From positions 6,014,001 to 6,078,000 of the forward strand of contig NC_043025.1 in NCBI RefSeq assembly GCF_006345805.1: a stretch of 64,000 bases of DNA. The letters are read 5' to 3'. The stretch comes from Octopus sinensis. Its lineage: Eukaryota. Below, in pieces: positions 13,392 to 25,240 of the stretch. Positions within the stretch are counted from its first letter, which is position 1; every line of letters starts with the position of its first letter. Below the pieces are notes generated by a model. It made no database searches and was not told the DNA's origin. It was given only the letters and a program-made list of their open reading frames with translations. A program made the translations under genes and the position numbers.

Positions 13392-13775
13392 AGGTGCAGG
13401 AGTGGCTGTGTGGTAAGTAGCTTGCTAACCAACCACATGGTTCCGGGTTCAGTCCCACTGCGTGGCATCTTGGGCAAGTGTCTTCTGCTATAGCCCCGGG
13501 CCGACCAATGCCTTGTGAGTGGATTTGGTAGGCGGAAACTGAAAGAAGCCTGTCATATATATGTATATATATATTATGTGTGTGTGTGTTTGTCCCCCTA
13601 GCATTGCTTGACAACCGATGCTGGTGTGTTTACATCCCCGTCACTTAGCGGTTCGGCAAAAGAGACCGATAGAATAAGTATTGGGTTTACAAAGAATAAG
13701 TCCCGGGGTCGATTTGCTCGACTAAAGGCGGTGCTCCAGCATGGCCACAGTCTAATGACTGAAACAGGTAAAAGA
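13392..13775 (+). mobile_element. SINE family A, full length (tRNA-derived head, central TA/CA microsatellite, (AGAGTA/AAAGAGTA)n tail)
   Basis: A-box TGGCTGTGTGG, B-box GGTTCAGTCCC. Further plus-strand copies at 16905-17070, 17092-17495, 19067-19488, 25696-25965, 38365-38470, 50845-51005 and 51008-51170. Confidence 0.92.
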
Positions 13776-13794
13776 GACTTGAGTTTGTTTAATC

Positions 13795-13998
13795 TCTCCT
13801 TTACTCTTTTACTTGTTTCAGTCATTTGACTGCGTACATGCTGGAGCACCGCCTTTAATCGAGCAACTCAACCCCGGGTCTTATTCTTTTGTAAGCCCAG
13901 TACTTATTCTATCGGTCTCTTTGCCGAACCGCTAAGTAACGGGGACATAAACACACCAGCATCGGTTGTCAAGCGATGTTGGGAGGGGACAAACGCAG

Positions 13999-14043
<45 letters not shown>

Positions 14044-15128
14044 GTTTTTCTAATGCTCGTTGCTTAGTTTTTCTTGGAGGGCTGGCCGTGATCTAGTAAT
14101 CTCAAGATTAATCAGCCGAAATTACTACGATGATCCGGTTCTTGACTGAAGACTGAGGGGTTCGAATGTCCTGTCCATGTTTATTGTATCGTCTTCTATG
14201 AGTTATACGTTCTTGTCCATATTGTATTTTTCTACATACCTTAACATATATTCCAGGCGCCCCGTACCCCCCTTATCATTAATGTGAACACATATTCTTA
14301 ATAATTGGTACGACTCTCTGTTTGTCTCTCTCTCTCTCTCATTTTTACTTTCTCTCTATTCATCTTCTCTTTCCTCTGATCCTTTGGTCTAGTCTTCCAC
14401 TACCCTCCTATTTTTGTCTCGCTCTGCACTCACAGGTCATTCTTCGACACCCATCCCTTCTCCTCTCTGATTCCTTCTTTCTCTCTCTTCTCTCTCTTTG
14501 TTGCGTTTTGTCCCCCTTTTCTCTCTCTCTCTTCCTTTGCTTCTCTTTCTTTTCTTTTCCCTTTCTCTGTCACGTGACTGTTGGCCGAAATCTGCCTTTC
14601 AGCTCCTGACCCTCGTCGTGTTAACATCGTTGTTTTTCGTCCGCCGCTATAAAGGCTTTTTCCAATGCGCCAGAGAAAAAATTTGTTTGCTTGTTATCAG
14701 TCGTAAGACACTTGTTGTTTTCACCGTAATGCTTCTGTATTTCATGTTTCTGTATTCCATTATTGTTTTTGTTTTTTTTTATATCTGTCCCTTTTGCTGT
14801 CCTGTGTTCGTATGCATTCGATCCTTCTTCCAGGAAATCTACGCTTCCAGCTTAGTTTTTCTAATGCTCGTTGCTTAGTTTTTCTTGGAGGGCTGGCCGT
14901 GATCTAGTAATCTCAAGATTAATCAGCCGAAATTACTACGATGATCCGGTTCTTGACTGAATACTGAGGGTTCGAATGTCCTGTCCATGTTTATTTATCG
15001 GTCCTTCTATGATTATCGTTCTTGTCCATGTTGTATTTTTCTACATACCTTATATATATATATATATATATAGTATATATATATATATATAATATATATA
15101 TATATATTATATAAATAATATATATATC

Positions 15129-15172
<44 letters not shown>

Positions 15173-15173
15173 G

Positions 15174-15205
<32 letters not shown>

Positions 15206-15233
15206 ATATATAATAAATATAATATATATATAT

Positions 15234-15264
<31 letters not shown>

Positions 15265-15430
15265 ATATATAACGGGCTTCTTTCAGTTTCCGTCTACCAA
15301 ATCCACACAAGGCTTGGTCGCCGGGGCTATAGCAGAAGACACTTGCCCAAGGTGCCACGCAGTGGGACTGAACCCGAAACCATGTGGTTGGTTAGCAAGC
15401 TACTTACCACACAGCCACTCCTGCGCCTAT
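13795..15430 (-). mobile_element. SINE-A split in two (13795-14040 and 15270-15430) by an inserted direct-repeat element
   Basis: The 3' half and the head half are contiguous in other copies and are separated here at the (TA)n centre. Confidence 0.8.
14041..15052. mobile_element. Element with ~200-bp terminal direct repeats (R1 14041-14243, R2 14852-15052); possibly a Penelope-type pseudo-LTR
   Basis: The direct repeats are seen directly; there is no TG...CA and no ORF. The class is inferred from the partial-tandem architecture. Confidence 0.55.
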
Positions 15431-15619
15431 GTTTACTCATAACTTTCAGAGAAATGAGTAAATGCACCGAATCCAAGAATTCTCGGTCGTCTGCCAAAAA
15501 CGTTTTGGGTCGTAGATAGATCTATCTCATCTGTCCGCTCCCGTCTCTGCTGCGATTGTCTGCTGCCTCTCCTGTTTCACTTGGTTTTATAATATTTGTG
15601 GCAGCTAGAAAAACAGACA

Positions 15620-16040
15620 GGCGATCTTTCGTCTCTAGTAGACCTTTCCGTCGATTTCCGTAAAACTTTTTTTTTTTTTACATATGGGCTTGCGGGAACT
15701 TTTGAAGTAATATACATACATATACACATACACCGAGTAAAAAATTCCAGTTATCTCTCTCTTTCACACATTACTCTGTCTCTTCACACACACTAACAGA
15801 AGCACTTCACTTACACAACATACTGTCTGTCTCCCACACCCCATCAAACACACACACACACATGTACATCAATGCTTCCCATGCACGGTAACTTCAAAAG
15901 AACTTCCCTCGTCATACAATCGCTTTCTCTTAGTCTCTTTCGCTCTCATAACTTCAAAAGTTCCCGCAAGCCCATATGTAAAAAAAAAAATTTTTTTTAC
16001 GGAAATCGACGGAAAGGTCTACTAGAGACGAAAGATTGCC
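15620..16040. mobile_element. MITE with ~100-bp TIRs and 8-bp TSD AACAGACA
   Basis: TIR GGCGATCTTTCGTCTCTAGTAGACC... / ...GGTCTACTAGAGACGAAAGATTGCC; AACAGACA at 15612-15619 and 16041-16048. Confidence 0.95.
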
Positions 16041-17061
16041 AACAGACATACTGCAGCAGGGTTAGTACCTAAATAGGTCAACGCCTGTCCAGTTGAACTT
16101 CGCCTTACATAGCTGAGGTCGCAGGTCAAGGAGAGATGATCAATCAATTTTTGACAGGACAAAGAAAAATACCTTTTTTTCGTGCTCCTGTTGATCGTCG
16201 TGGTTTGGACGACCGAGAATAACTACTGGGATCGATTCCTTCGATTGAGAATCTTCAGAGCAGTGCTGCTCCAGCGTGACCGCAGACCAGTGACTGAAGC
16301 AAGTAAACGGTAAAAAAAAAAAAAAAAAAAAAAAAATTCAGTATGACGACGGGTGGAAGCGAACCGGCGAACCATGTTAAAAACGAATCAAGCTCGCTAA
16401 CCATTCGGCTAACGCCTGCATCAGGCAAATATACCGTTGCTGCTGCTGCTGCTACTACTACTACTACTACTACTGCTACTACTGCTACTACTACTGCTAC
16501 TACTACTGCTACTACTACTACTACTACTACTGCTACTACTACTGCTACTACTGCTACTACTACTGCTACTGTCGTGTTTTATTAAGCATCGTTAAACAAA
16601 CACTTCAGCATGACAGCAACTACTCTGCCCGCCACCACCACGACAACTATCACCGACGCTACCACCACCACCACTGCCATGACTTAAGTGTCAGACTGCG
16701 CATCCCTCACATAGCAACTGCTCACCGCCATCACCGCCGCCGCCTCTTTACTAATGAAGGCGCCTCTAAGCAGTTCGCTGTTGACATGCTAGAAATAGCA
16801 GTCAAATTCCTCGCGTATTGCACCCTATTGTGTTTGTCTAAATTTGTTGCGTTCTGTTTTTTTCTTTTCTTGTTATTTTTTTTTATAGGAGTGGCTATGG
16901 CACTGGAGTGGCTGTGTGGTAAGTAGCTTGTTTACCAACCACACGGTTCCGGGTTCAGTCCCACTGCGTGGCACCTTGGGCAAGTGTCTTCTACTATAAC
17001 CCCGGGCCGACCAAAAGCCTTGTGAGTGGATTTGGTAGACGGAAACTGAAAGAAGCCCGTC

Positions 17062-17094
<33 letters not shown>

Positions 17095-17275
17095 CGCAGG
17101 AGTGGCTGTGTGGTAAGTAGCTTGTTTACCAACCACACGGTTCCGGGTTCAGTCCCACTGCGTGGCACCTTGGGCAAGTGTCTTCTACTATAGCCTCGGG
17201 CCGACCAAAGCCTTGTGAGTGGATTTGGTAGACGGAAACTGAAAGAAGCCCGTCGTATATATGTATTTATATGTG

Positions 17276-17307
<32 letters not shown>

Positions 17308-17659
17308 CGTGTATGTTTGCATGTCTGTGTTTGTCTCCCAGCATCGCTTGACAACCGATTAGCGGTTCGTCAAAAGTGACCGATAGAATAAGTACTGGGC
17401 TTACAAATAATAAGTCCCGGGGTCGAGTTGCTCGATTAAAGGTGGTGCTCCAGCATGGCCGCAGTCAAATGACTGAAACAAGTAAAAGAGTAAAGAGAGT
17501 ATAACCGGAAGAATGTATTATTTATGTAGGTATGGATATGTAAGAGGATTGAATGAGGTGGTCGCGGATGGAACGCTTTTGTTCCCTCCGTGCTTGATCG
17601 AAGCTCTGACCTGGGGCTAACAGTAAGAGCGGCAACACCATATATGTGTACGTGAGTGG

Positions 17660-17699
<40 letters not shown>

Positions 17700-17779
17700 C
17701 ACACACATACACACACACATATATGTATGTGTGCGTCTGTATATAGCTCTAATGTGTGTGTGTGTGTGGACATCTAATT

Positions 17780-18860
17780 TTTGCCTGTTTCAGTCATTAG
17801 ACTGCGGCCATGCTGGGGCAGCACTTTGAAGGCTTTTAGTGCAACGAATCAAGCCTAGTACTTTCTTTTCGGTCCACGAACACCGGTTATCAACCTGCGA
17901 TGGGGGAGGGGCAAACACAAATACGAAGACGTGCGCATATATGCATATGTACGTGTACATCTATCATCATCATCATCATCATCATCATCGTTTAATGTCC
18001 GTTTTCCGCACTAGCACGGGTTGGACGGTTCGACCGGGGTCTGGGGAGCCAGGGGCTGCTCCAGGCTCCACTCTGATCTGGCGGTGTTTCTACAGCTGGA
18101 TGCCCTTCCTAACGCCAACCACTCCGCGAGTGTAGTGGGTGCTTTTTACGTGCCACCTGCACAGGTGCCAGAGGGGTCTGGCATCAGCCACGATCGGTTG
18201 GTGCTTTTTATGTGCCACCGGCACGGAAGCCAGTCGAGGCGGGGCTGGCATCGGCCACGTTCGGATGGTGCTTTTTATGTGCTTTTTATGTGCTTTTTAT
18301 CTATATATCTCTCTATATATAAACGGCAGTTTGTCTCTGTGTGTTTCTGTGTGTCTGTTAGCTTGTACCCTCACCCTGACCACGGCTTTCAACCGATTCT
18401 GATGAAACTTGACACACACATAGCCCAATGTCATAATTCAAAACTAACGCAGCGAAAATTTTGAAAAGTTCCCCCAGTTCTGAAAAAAATCCATAAATTC
18501 GACATGGGGTCGAGAATCAGAAACACAAACCATAGACTGTCTAGGGGACGCAACTCAACCTTTTTAACTAAAAAAAAAATTTACCATCATTTTTTTTCCA
18601 TTTTTTGGCTATAACTCTCTAAAAATGCTTTATAGTTATTTCCCTTACAAACCCGAGCAACGCCGGGCAATACTGCTAGTATATATATATAAACATTTGT
18701 GTGTGTGTGTGTGTGTGTGTGTAATACATACGACGGGCTTCTTTCAGTTTCCATCTACCAAATCCACTCACAAGGCTTGTGGCTATGGTAGAAGAAGATA
18801 CTTGCCCAAGATGCCACGCAGTGAGACTGAACCCGGAACCATACGGTTGGGAAGCGAGCT
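17780..18860 (-). mobile_element. Nested stack: SINE-A halves enclosing an RTE 3' tail (17963-18295) and a Helitron (18300-18679)
   Basis: SINE halves at 17780-17960 and 18725-18860; the (ATC)n-ended RTE tail matches 47376-47700. Confidence 0.8.
18300..18679 (+). mobile_element. Complete non-autonomous Helitron (380 bp)
   Basis: A|TCTATATATC start; ends CCCGAGCAACGCCGGGCAATACTGCTAG|T; the last ~70 bp are shared with the 8152 element. Confidence 0.88.
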
Positions 18861-18963
18861 TTTCACCATATATGACGTAAATATAAACACATACACCCAA
18901 ATATAGACATATACACACAGACACAGCACAGTGGTGATATTGTCCAAACCATCGTTGCCACTG

Positions 18964-18996
<33 letters not shown>

Positions 18997-19761
18997 TGCT
19001 CACACACACACACACACACACATACACACACACACACATATTTAAAATTTGTTATTAATCCAAACAAGGCGCAGGAGTGGCTGTGTGGTAAGTAGCTTGC
19101 TAACCAACCACATGGTTCCGGGTTCAGTCCCACTGCGTGGCATCTTGGGCAAGTGTCTTCAGCTATAGCCCCGGGCCGACCAATGCCTTGTGAGTGGATT
19201 TGGTAGACGGAAACTGAAAGAAGCCTGTCGTATATATGTATATATATATATATGTATGTGTGTGTGTTTGTGTGTCTGTGTTTGTTCCCCTAGCATTGCT
19301 TGACAACCGATGCTGGTGTGTTTACGTCCCCGTCACTTAGCGGTTCGGCAAAAAGAGACCGATAGAATAAGTACTGGGCTTACAAAAAGAATAAGTCCCG
19401 GGGTCGATTTGCTCGACTAAAGGTGGTGCTCCAGCATGGCCGCAGTCAAATGACTGAAACAAGTAAAAGAGTAAAGAGTAAAGAGTAAGTGGAGAAACAG
19501 GAAAAGCGGACACATGTAGTTGAAAATACTGAGAGAATAATTTAGAATTAATTAGAATTTAATTATATTTTAAAAGACAGGAATGCACTTCACCGGTTTC
19601 GCATTCGATTTTCAAAAGTGTATAGAGTAAATGGAGCTGTGTGGCGAATTCTGTCAATTCTGACTGTTGTCATAGAAACGGTTTGTTTTCAAAGTGGGAA
19701 TGCGACTCAGAACGTTATATCCATTAACATATAAATTGTTTAGTCTATGATCATTCATTAA

Positions 19762-20444
19762 CCCTTTAGTGTTTAACCCTTTCGTTACCAACCCGGCTGA
19801 AACTGGCTCTGGCTCTGAGTACAAATGTTTTGTTTTCATAAGTTTTGAATTAAAATCTTCCATCAAACTTAGTCACAATTTATGTTCCTAACACTAGCTT
19901 TAATGATAACTAAGTTATTTTACTAAATTCTTTGTTATATTTAAAGTAATTGAAAGAAACACAGAACATCTCAACAGAAATATGGTAACGAAAGGGTTGC
20001 AGTCACCATGATATTTTTAACCCTTTCATTACCAACCTGGCTGAAACCAACTCTGGCTCTGAGTACAAATGACTTGTTTTCATAAGTTTTAAATTAAAAT
20101 CTTCCACCAAACCTTAGTCACAATTTATGTTCCTAACACTAGCTGAATGATAACTATTTTACTAAATTCTTTGTTATATTTAAAGTAATTGAAACAAACA
20201 CAGAGCATCTCAAAATAAATACAGTAACAAAAGGGTTAAACTGGCCATATCCGGCCAAAATATTCTACCTATTTTCTGTTCAAACTAGTCAGATATGGTC
20301 ATTCATAGCTACCTAATTGTGTCATTTTAAAAATAAACAATCACATCATTGAAATTTCAAAGCCATGAAATGATGCAAGATTAACTTTACATGGTGTGAA
20401 TACATAAGCTTTACATTTGACAGAATAATCTGAATGCTATAGGG
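19762..20444. mobile_element. piggyBac-like MITE (host) interrupted by two copies of a smaller piggyBac-like MITE (19777-19996, 20021-20235)
   Basis: TTAA|CCCTTT...AAAGGG|TTAA termini; the host halves match the uninterrupted copy at 26135-26466 in reverse orientation. Confidence 0.85.
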
Positions 20445-20458
20445 TCAAACTCATTAAT

Positions 20459-20720
20459 CATCATCATCATCATCATTTAATGTTCGTTTTCCATGCTGGC
20501 ATGGGTTGGACGGTTTGACAGGAGCCAGCCAGCTGAAGGGCTGCCTGGGCTCAAAGTCTGTTCTGGCATGGTTTCTACAGCTGGATGCCCTTCCCAATAA
20601 TGCCAACCACTTTAAAGAGTGTACTAGGTACACTTTTTACACTGCAGCAGCACGAGTGCATATAGATGGCACCAGCATGGGGGCTTTTTGGCACCAGCAC
20701 CTACAAGCCCACAAGATTAG
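20459..20720 (-). mobile_element. RTE 3' tail fragment (diverged)
   Basis: (ATC)n followed by TTTTCCATGCTGGCATGGGTTGGACGG...GGATGCCCTTCC. Similar fragments at 35016-35420, 59583-60180 (with ~150-175-bp internal duplications) and 61340-61550 (+). Confidence 0.8.
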
Positions 20721-20764
20721 GGATGCTCAGCTGGAGATGGTTGCAGGGGACATACTCTCCCTCT

Positions 20765-21150
20765 TTTACTTTTTTACTTGTTTCAGTCATTTGACTGTGG
20801 CCATGCTGGAGCACCACCTTTAGTCGAGCATATCGACCCCAGAGTTTATTCTTTGTAAGCCTAGTACTTATTCTATCGGTCTCTTTTGCCGAACTGCTAA
20901 GTTATGGGGACATAAACACACCAGTATCGGTTGTCAAGTGATGTTGGGGGGGACAAACAGAGACACACAAATATATACACACACATACTTATATATATAC
21001 ATATATATGACAGGCTTCTTTCAGTTTCCGTCTACCAAATCCACTCACAAGGCTTTGGTCGGCCCAAGAGTATAGTAGAAGAAACTTGCCCAAGGTGTCA
21101 TGCAGTGAGACTGAACCCAGGACCATGTGGTTAGTAAGCAAGCTACTTAG
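20765..21150 (-). mobile_element. SINE-A full length; many further minus-strand copies
   Basis: Other minus copies: 29115-29940, 34400-34770, 34825-35015, 35448-36190, 36285-36520, 36920-37640, 39905-40265, 40275-40655, 41675-42095, 43060-43460, 44960-45372 and 46905-47150. Confidence 0.92.
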
Positions 21151-21380
21151 CTATTTCTTTACTACCCACTAGGGGCTAAACATAGAGGGGACAAACAAGG
21201 ACAGACATAGGTATTAAGTCAATTACATCGACCCCAATGCATAACTGGTGCTTAATTTATCGACCCCGAAAGGATGAAAGGCAAAGTCGACCTCGGCGGA
21301 ATTTGAACTCACAACATAACGGCAGACGAAATGCTACAAAGCATTTCGCCCGGCATGCTAACGCTTCCGCCAGTTCGCCC
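21151..21380 (-). mobile_element. SINE family B (tRNA-like head + GGTCGACTTTGCCTTTCATCCTTTCGGGGTCGAT core)
   Basis: Head GGCG(A)..TGGCGGAAGCGTTAGC with B-box GAGTTCAAATTCC. The core resembles the conserved domain of MetaSINE-type elements (from memory, unverified). Older copies at 31858-32000, 38066-38190, 44735-44940 and 60190-61020. Confidence 0.85.
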
Positions 21381-21439
21381 ACACAGCGACTCCTATGCCT
21401 TCCCTGTATGCAAGGACAGCCATGCTTTTACTTATCTTG

Positions 21440-21620
21440 ATAAGTACAGCAAACCGCCAGGTGTCTTGGTCCATTGTCATCCCCTCTCTGAGGACCAACA
21501 CCTGGATATCCTTCCTCACCACTTTGTCCCTCGTCTTCCTAAGTCTATCTACCCCTTTTCCGCAAGTTCCTTCCATAATTAGAGATCAGCTCCTCTTGAT
21601 GTGACATCAGTAAACAGAGG
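21440..21620 (-). mobile_element. Old RTE ORF C-terminal remnant
   Basis: MEGTCGKGVDRLRKTRDKVVRKDIQVLVLREGMTMDQDTWRFAV aligns by eye to VEGTCGRGRPRKTWDEVVKHDLRTLGLTEEMTRDRDLWKCAV of the intact copy at 47987. Confidence 0.8.
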
Positions 21621-21769
21621 ATAACCAAAAAAACACATGTACACTTCAGGAAATTGTTTGTAAGCCTAGTACTTTTTCTATCGGTCTCTTTTGCTGAACC
21701 GCTAAGTAACGGAGACGTAAACACGCCAGCATCAGTTGTCAAGCGATGGTGGTGGGGACAAACACAGAC

Positions 21770-21900
21770 ACATATATGAAGAGGCCTTAGGATATTTTTG
21801 TAAATGTCTCATTTATAACTACATATTGACCTACCATAAAAGGCTAATATAAGTAAAATGAGACATACTTATCTGCAGGGCCGAAACAGCTGTAAGATGT
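21770..21900 (+). ncRNA. Degenerate type I hammerhead ribozyme fold at the start of a probable Penelope-like fragment (to ~22080)
   Basis: (A)TGAAGA-GGCC...92 nt...GGCC-GAAA-CAGCTG-TA-AGATGT; stem I partner ACATAT has one mismatch; C3 is replaced by A. Confidence 0.55.
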
Positions 21901-22449
21901 AGTTTATATTTATATTTATATTTATTTATATTTATATTCTCTTATACATATTGTACTTATTGTATCAAATTACTCCTTTATGTACACTGTTTGATTATAT
22001 ATTATTATGTTCGACCCTGAAGTTTCTTACGTGGTGGTTTAATAAAGTATGTGATTGGGTATTATCTGGTAATTGATATTTGATTGGGATGTATTTCTCC
22101 ATTTTATTATTTTGTATCACACACATATATATATAATGCAAATAAGAAAATGGAGAAATAAATTTAGTTTGTTCATCAACTTACGGATATTATAATGTTG
22201 GATTATTTATTCATTTTACAAATGAGAACATCAAAAGCATACAAAATATTATATAAATCAAAAGATAAGATAATAATACAAATACACAACGGGCTTCTTT
22301 CAGTTTCCATCTACCAAATCCACTCACAAGGCTTTGGTCAGCCCGAGGTTATAGTAGAAGACACCTGCCCAAGGTTCCACACAGTGGGACTGAACCCGGA
22401 ACCATGTGGTTGGTAAGCAAACTACTTACCACACAGCCACTCCTGCGCT

Positions 22450-22675
22450 ATTATTATTATCATCATCATCATCATCATCATCATCATTATTATCATTATT
22501 ATTATCATCATCATCATCATCATTATCATTATTATTATCATCATCATCATCATCATCATCATCATTATTATCATTATTATCATCATCATCATCATCATCA
22601 TTATTATCATTATTATCATCATCATCATCATCATTATCATCATCATCATCATCATCATTATTATTATCATTATTA

Positions 22676-22708
<33 letters not shown>

Positions 22709-23027
22709 TCATCATTATTATTGTTATTATTAGTATTATTATTATCAATTATTATTATAACTATTATTATTATTATTATTATTATTATCATCATTATTAA
22801 TATTATCTTTATCATTATTATTATCATTATTATCATCATCATTATTATTATTATTATCATTATTATTATTATTATTATCATTATTTTATTATTATTATAT
22901 TATTATTATTATTATCATTATTATTATTATTTTATTATCATCATTATTAATATTATCTTTATCATTATTATTATCATTATTATCATCATCATTATTATTA
23001 TTATTATCATTATTATTATTATTATTA

Positions 23028-23067
<40 letters not shown>

Positions 23068-23087
23068 TTATTATTATTATTATTGTT

Positions 23088-23119
<32 letters not shown>

Positions 23120-23576
23120 CATTATTATTATTATTATTATCATTATTATCATCATCATCATTATCATTATTATTATTATTATCATTATTATTATTATTAT
23201 TATCATTATTATTATTATTGTTGTTGTAGTCATCATCATCATCGTCGTCATTATTATTGTTATTATTAGTATTATTATTATCAATTATTATTATAACTAT
23301 TATTATTATTATTATTATCATCATTATTAATATTATATTTATCATTATCATCATCATCATCATCATCATCATTATTATTGTTATTATTAGTATTATTATT
23401 ATCAATTATTATTATAACTATTATTATTATTATTATTATTATCATCATTATTAATATTATCTTTATCATTATTATTATCATTATCATCATCATCATTATC
23501 ATTATTATTATTAGTATTATTATTATCAATTATTATTATTATTATCATTATTATCATCATCATCATTATCATTATT

Positions 23577-23608
<32 letters not shown>

Positions 23609-23615
23609 CATTATG
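22450..23615. repeat. Compound (ATT)n/(ATC)n microsatellite with internal block duplications
   Basis: Directly visible; TATTAGTATTATTATTATCAATTATTATTATAAC recurs at ~22730, ~23265 and ~23385. Confidence 0.97.
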
Positions 23616-23819
23616 AATTTCAGTTGCCGTATTTTCATTGTGTACCTCCACCTGAGCAAGAGAATGCAATTCTGTGTGACCTGGACATGTGCAGACAGTG
23701 TTGTGTTGTTTGTTTTGTTTGAGTTTTGTTGCATAGAGAATAACTTTACGTAATAATGAAGAAGTGGGTGGGAGGAGGGTGGGAATGGGGTGTCAGGGTT
23801 TGGAATTCAGGGCAGTGTT

Positions 23820-23913
23820 TATGTGTGTGTGTGTCTGTGTGTGTGTGTGTCTATGTGTGTGTGTCTCTGTGTATGTGTGTGTGTGTCTGTGTGTGTGTGT
23901 GTCTGTGTGTGTG

Positions 23914-23957
<44 letters not shown>

Positions 23958-23962
23958 TATGT

Positions 23963-24007
<45 letters not shown>

Positions 24008-24077
24008 GACAGATTAATGGACAGACAGACAAACAGGCAGAGAAACAGGCAGGCAGGCAGACAGGCAGGCAGATAGA

Positions 24078-24111
<34 letters not shown>

Positions 24112-24340
24112 GTAAGTAGGTAGGAGGGCAGGTAGGTAGATAGACAGATATACAGACAGACAGACATACAGACAGATAGATAGACGGACGGACGGACGGA
24201 CAGACAGGCATACAGACATACAGACAGACAGACAGACAGATAGATAGACGGACGGACATACAGACAGGTAAGCAGGTAGGAGGGCAGGTAGGTAGATATA
24301 CAGACAGACAGATGGACAGAGAAATAGCTAGACAGATGTA
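23820..24340. repeat. (GT)n followed by (GACA/GATA/GGAC/GGCA)n microsatellites
   Basis: Directly visible. Confidence 0.97.
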
Positions 24341-24860
24341 TTTAAGTCATTCTGTACTCCACATAATGTTAAAAGTATCACTTCACACTTTGGAATTTTG
24401 AGAGGGATTCCTCCCCCCCCCCACGCCACCACCCCCACCTGCCACTATTCTCGGCAGCCAAAAGTAGTTTAGTTCCACCTTACCAAATTCCACTAGGAGA
24501 CTCTGTATAAGAGAACGTGTCGTGTGTGAGTTACATTATGAATCAGTGTTGTAGGGGGTGCATGACTGCATAGTACCGTTGCCCCTAACCCGGAAGACTG
24601 CATTCCCTTTGAAGCAAGACGCAATATTTATCCCCCACTTAAACAGCAGTGTTCTGTCAGAACAAGCTATACTGTGGTAGATACCACGAGAAAAGGTCTC
24701 ATATTGGCTTTTCGTGTAAAATGCTCTCCTGCTTATATCACTAGCAAGGGAGATAAATCCTTGCTACCGCCAGTGCAGAAATTACCAAGTAATATATAAG
24801 GAAATAATTTTGCATGACTTAAAGGTTTGGTCACGGTGTAGTTACATTTTTAGGGGTGGA

Positions 24861-25240
24861 GGTGCAATGGCCCAGTGGTTAGGGCAGCGGTCTCGTGGTC
24901 GTAGGATTGCGGTTTCGATTCCCAGACCGGGCGTTGTGAGTGTTTATTGAGCGAAAACACCTAAAGCTCCACGAGGCTCCGGCAGGGATGGTGGTGATCC
25001 CTGCTGTACTCTTTCACCACAACCATCTCTCACTCTTACTTCCTGTTTCTGTTGTACCTGTATTTCAAAGGGCCGGCCTTGTCACTCTCTGTGTCACGCT
25101 GAATATGCCCGAGAACTATGTTAAGGGTACACGTGTCTGTGGAGTGCTTAGCCACTTACACGTTAATTTCACAAGCAGGCTGTTCCGTTGATCAGATCAA
25201 CCGGAACCCTCGTCGTCGTAACTGACGGAGTGCTTCCACA
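24861..25240 (+). mobile_element. SINE family C (tRNA-derived), full length; partial copies 37749-38005 (+), 31668-31857 (-), 51200-51330 (-)
   Basis: A-box TGGCCCAGTGG, B-box GGTTTCGATTCC; the non-tRNA body is shared among the copies. Confidence 0.88.

Noticed and set aside
13392-13470. tRNA genes at SINE heads throughout the window
   Set aside because: Each head continues into a shared non-tRNA body and lacks a full cloverleaf.
14080-14180. Hammerhead in the R repeat (GGCTG...CAGCC-GAAA; CTGAAGA...CGAAT)
   Set aside because: I could not assemble the core, stem I and stem III consistently in either orientation.
16340-16422. tRNA-like sequence followed by a T-run on the minus strand
   Set aside because: It has A/B boxes but no acceptor-stem pairing, and it aligns to the SINE-A head, so it is a diverged SINE.
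22404-23722. Poly-His/Ile/Asn/Asp/Ser ORFs (likewise at 1-900, 30068-30654, 42023-42568, 43928-44753 and 61811-63337)
   Set aside because: They are translations of microsatellites with no splice or compositional support.
24484-24502. 19-nt micro-exon on the minus strand (TATACAG|...|GTAAGG)
   Set aside because: It is not frame-preserving and has no supporting neighbours; such motifs are expected by chance.
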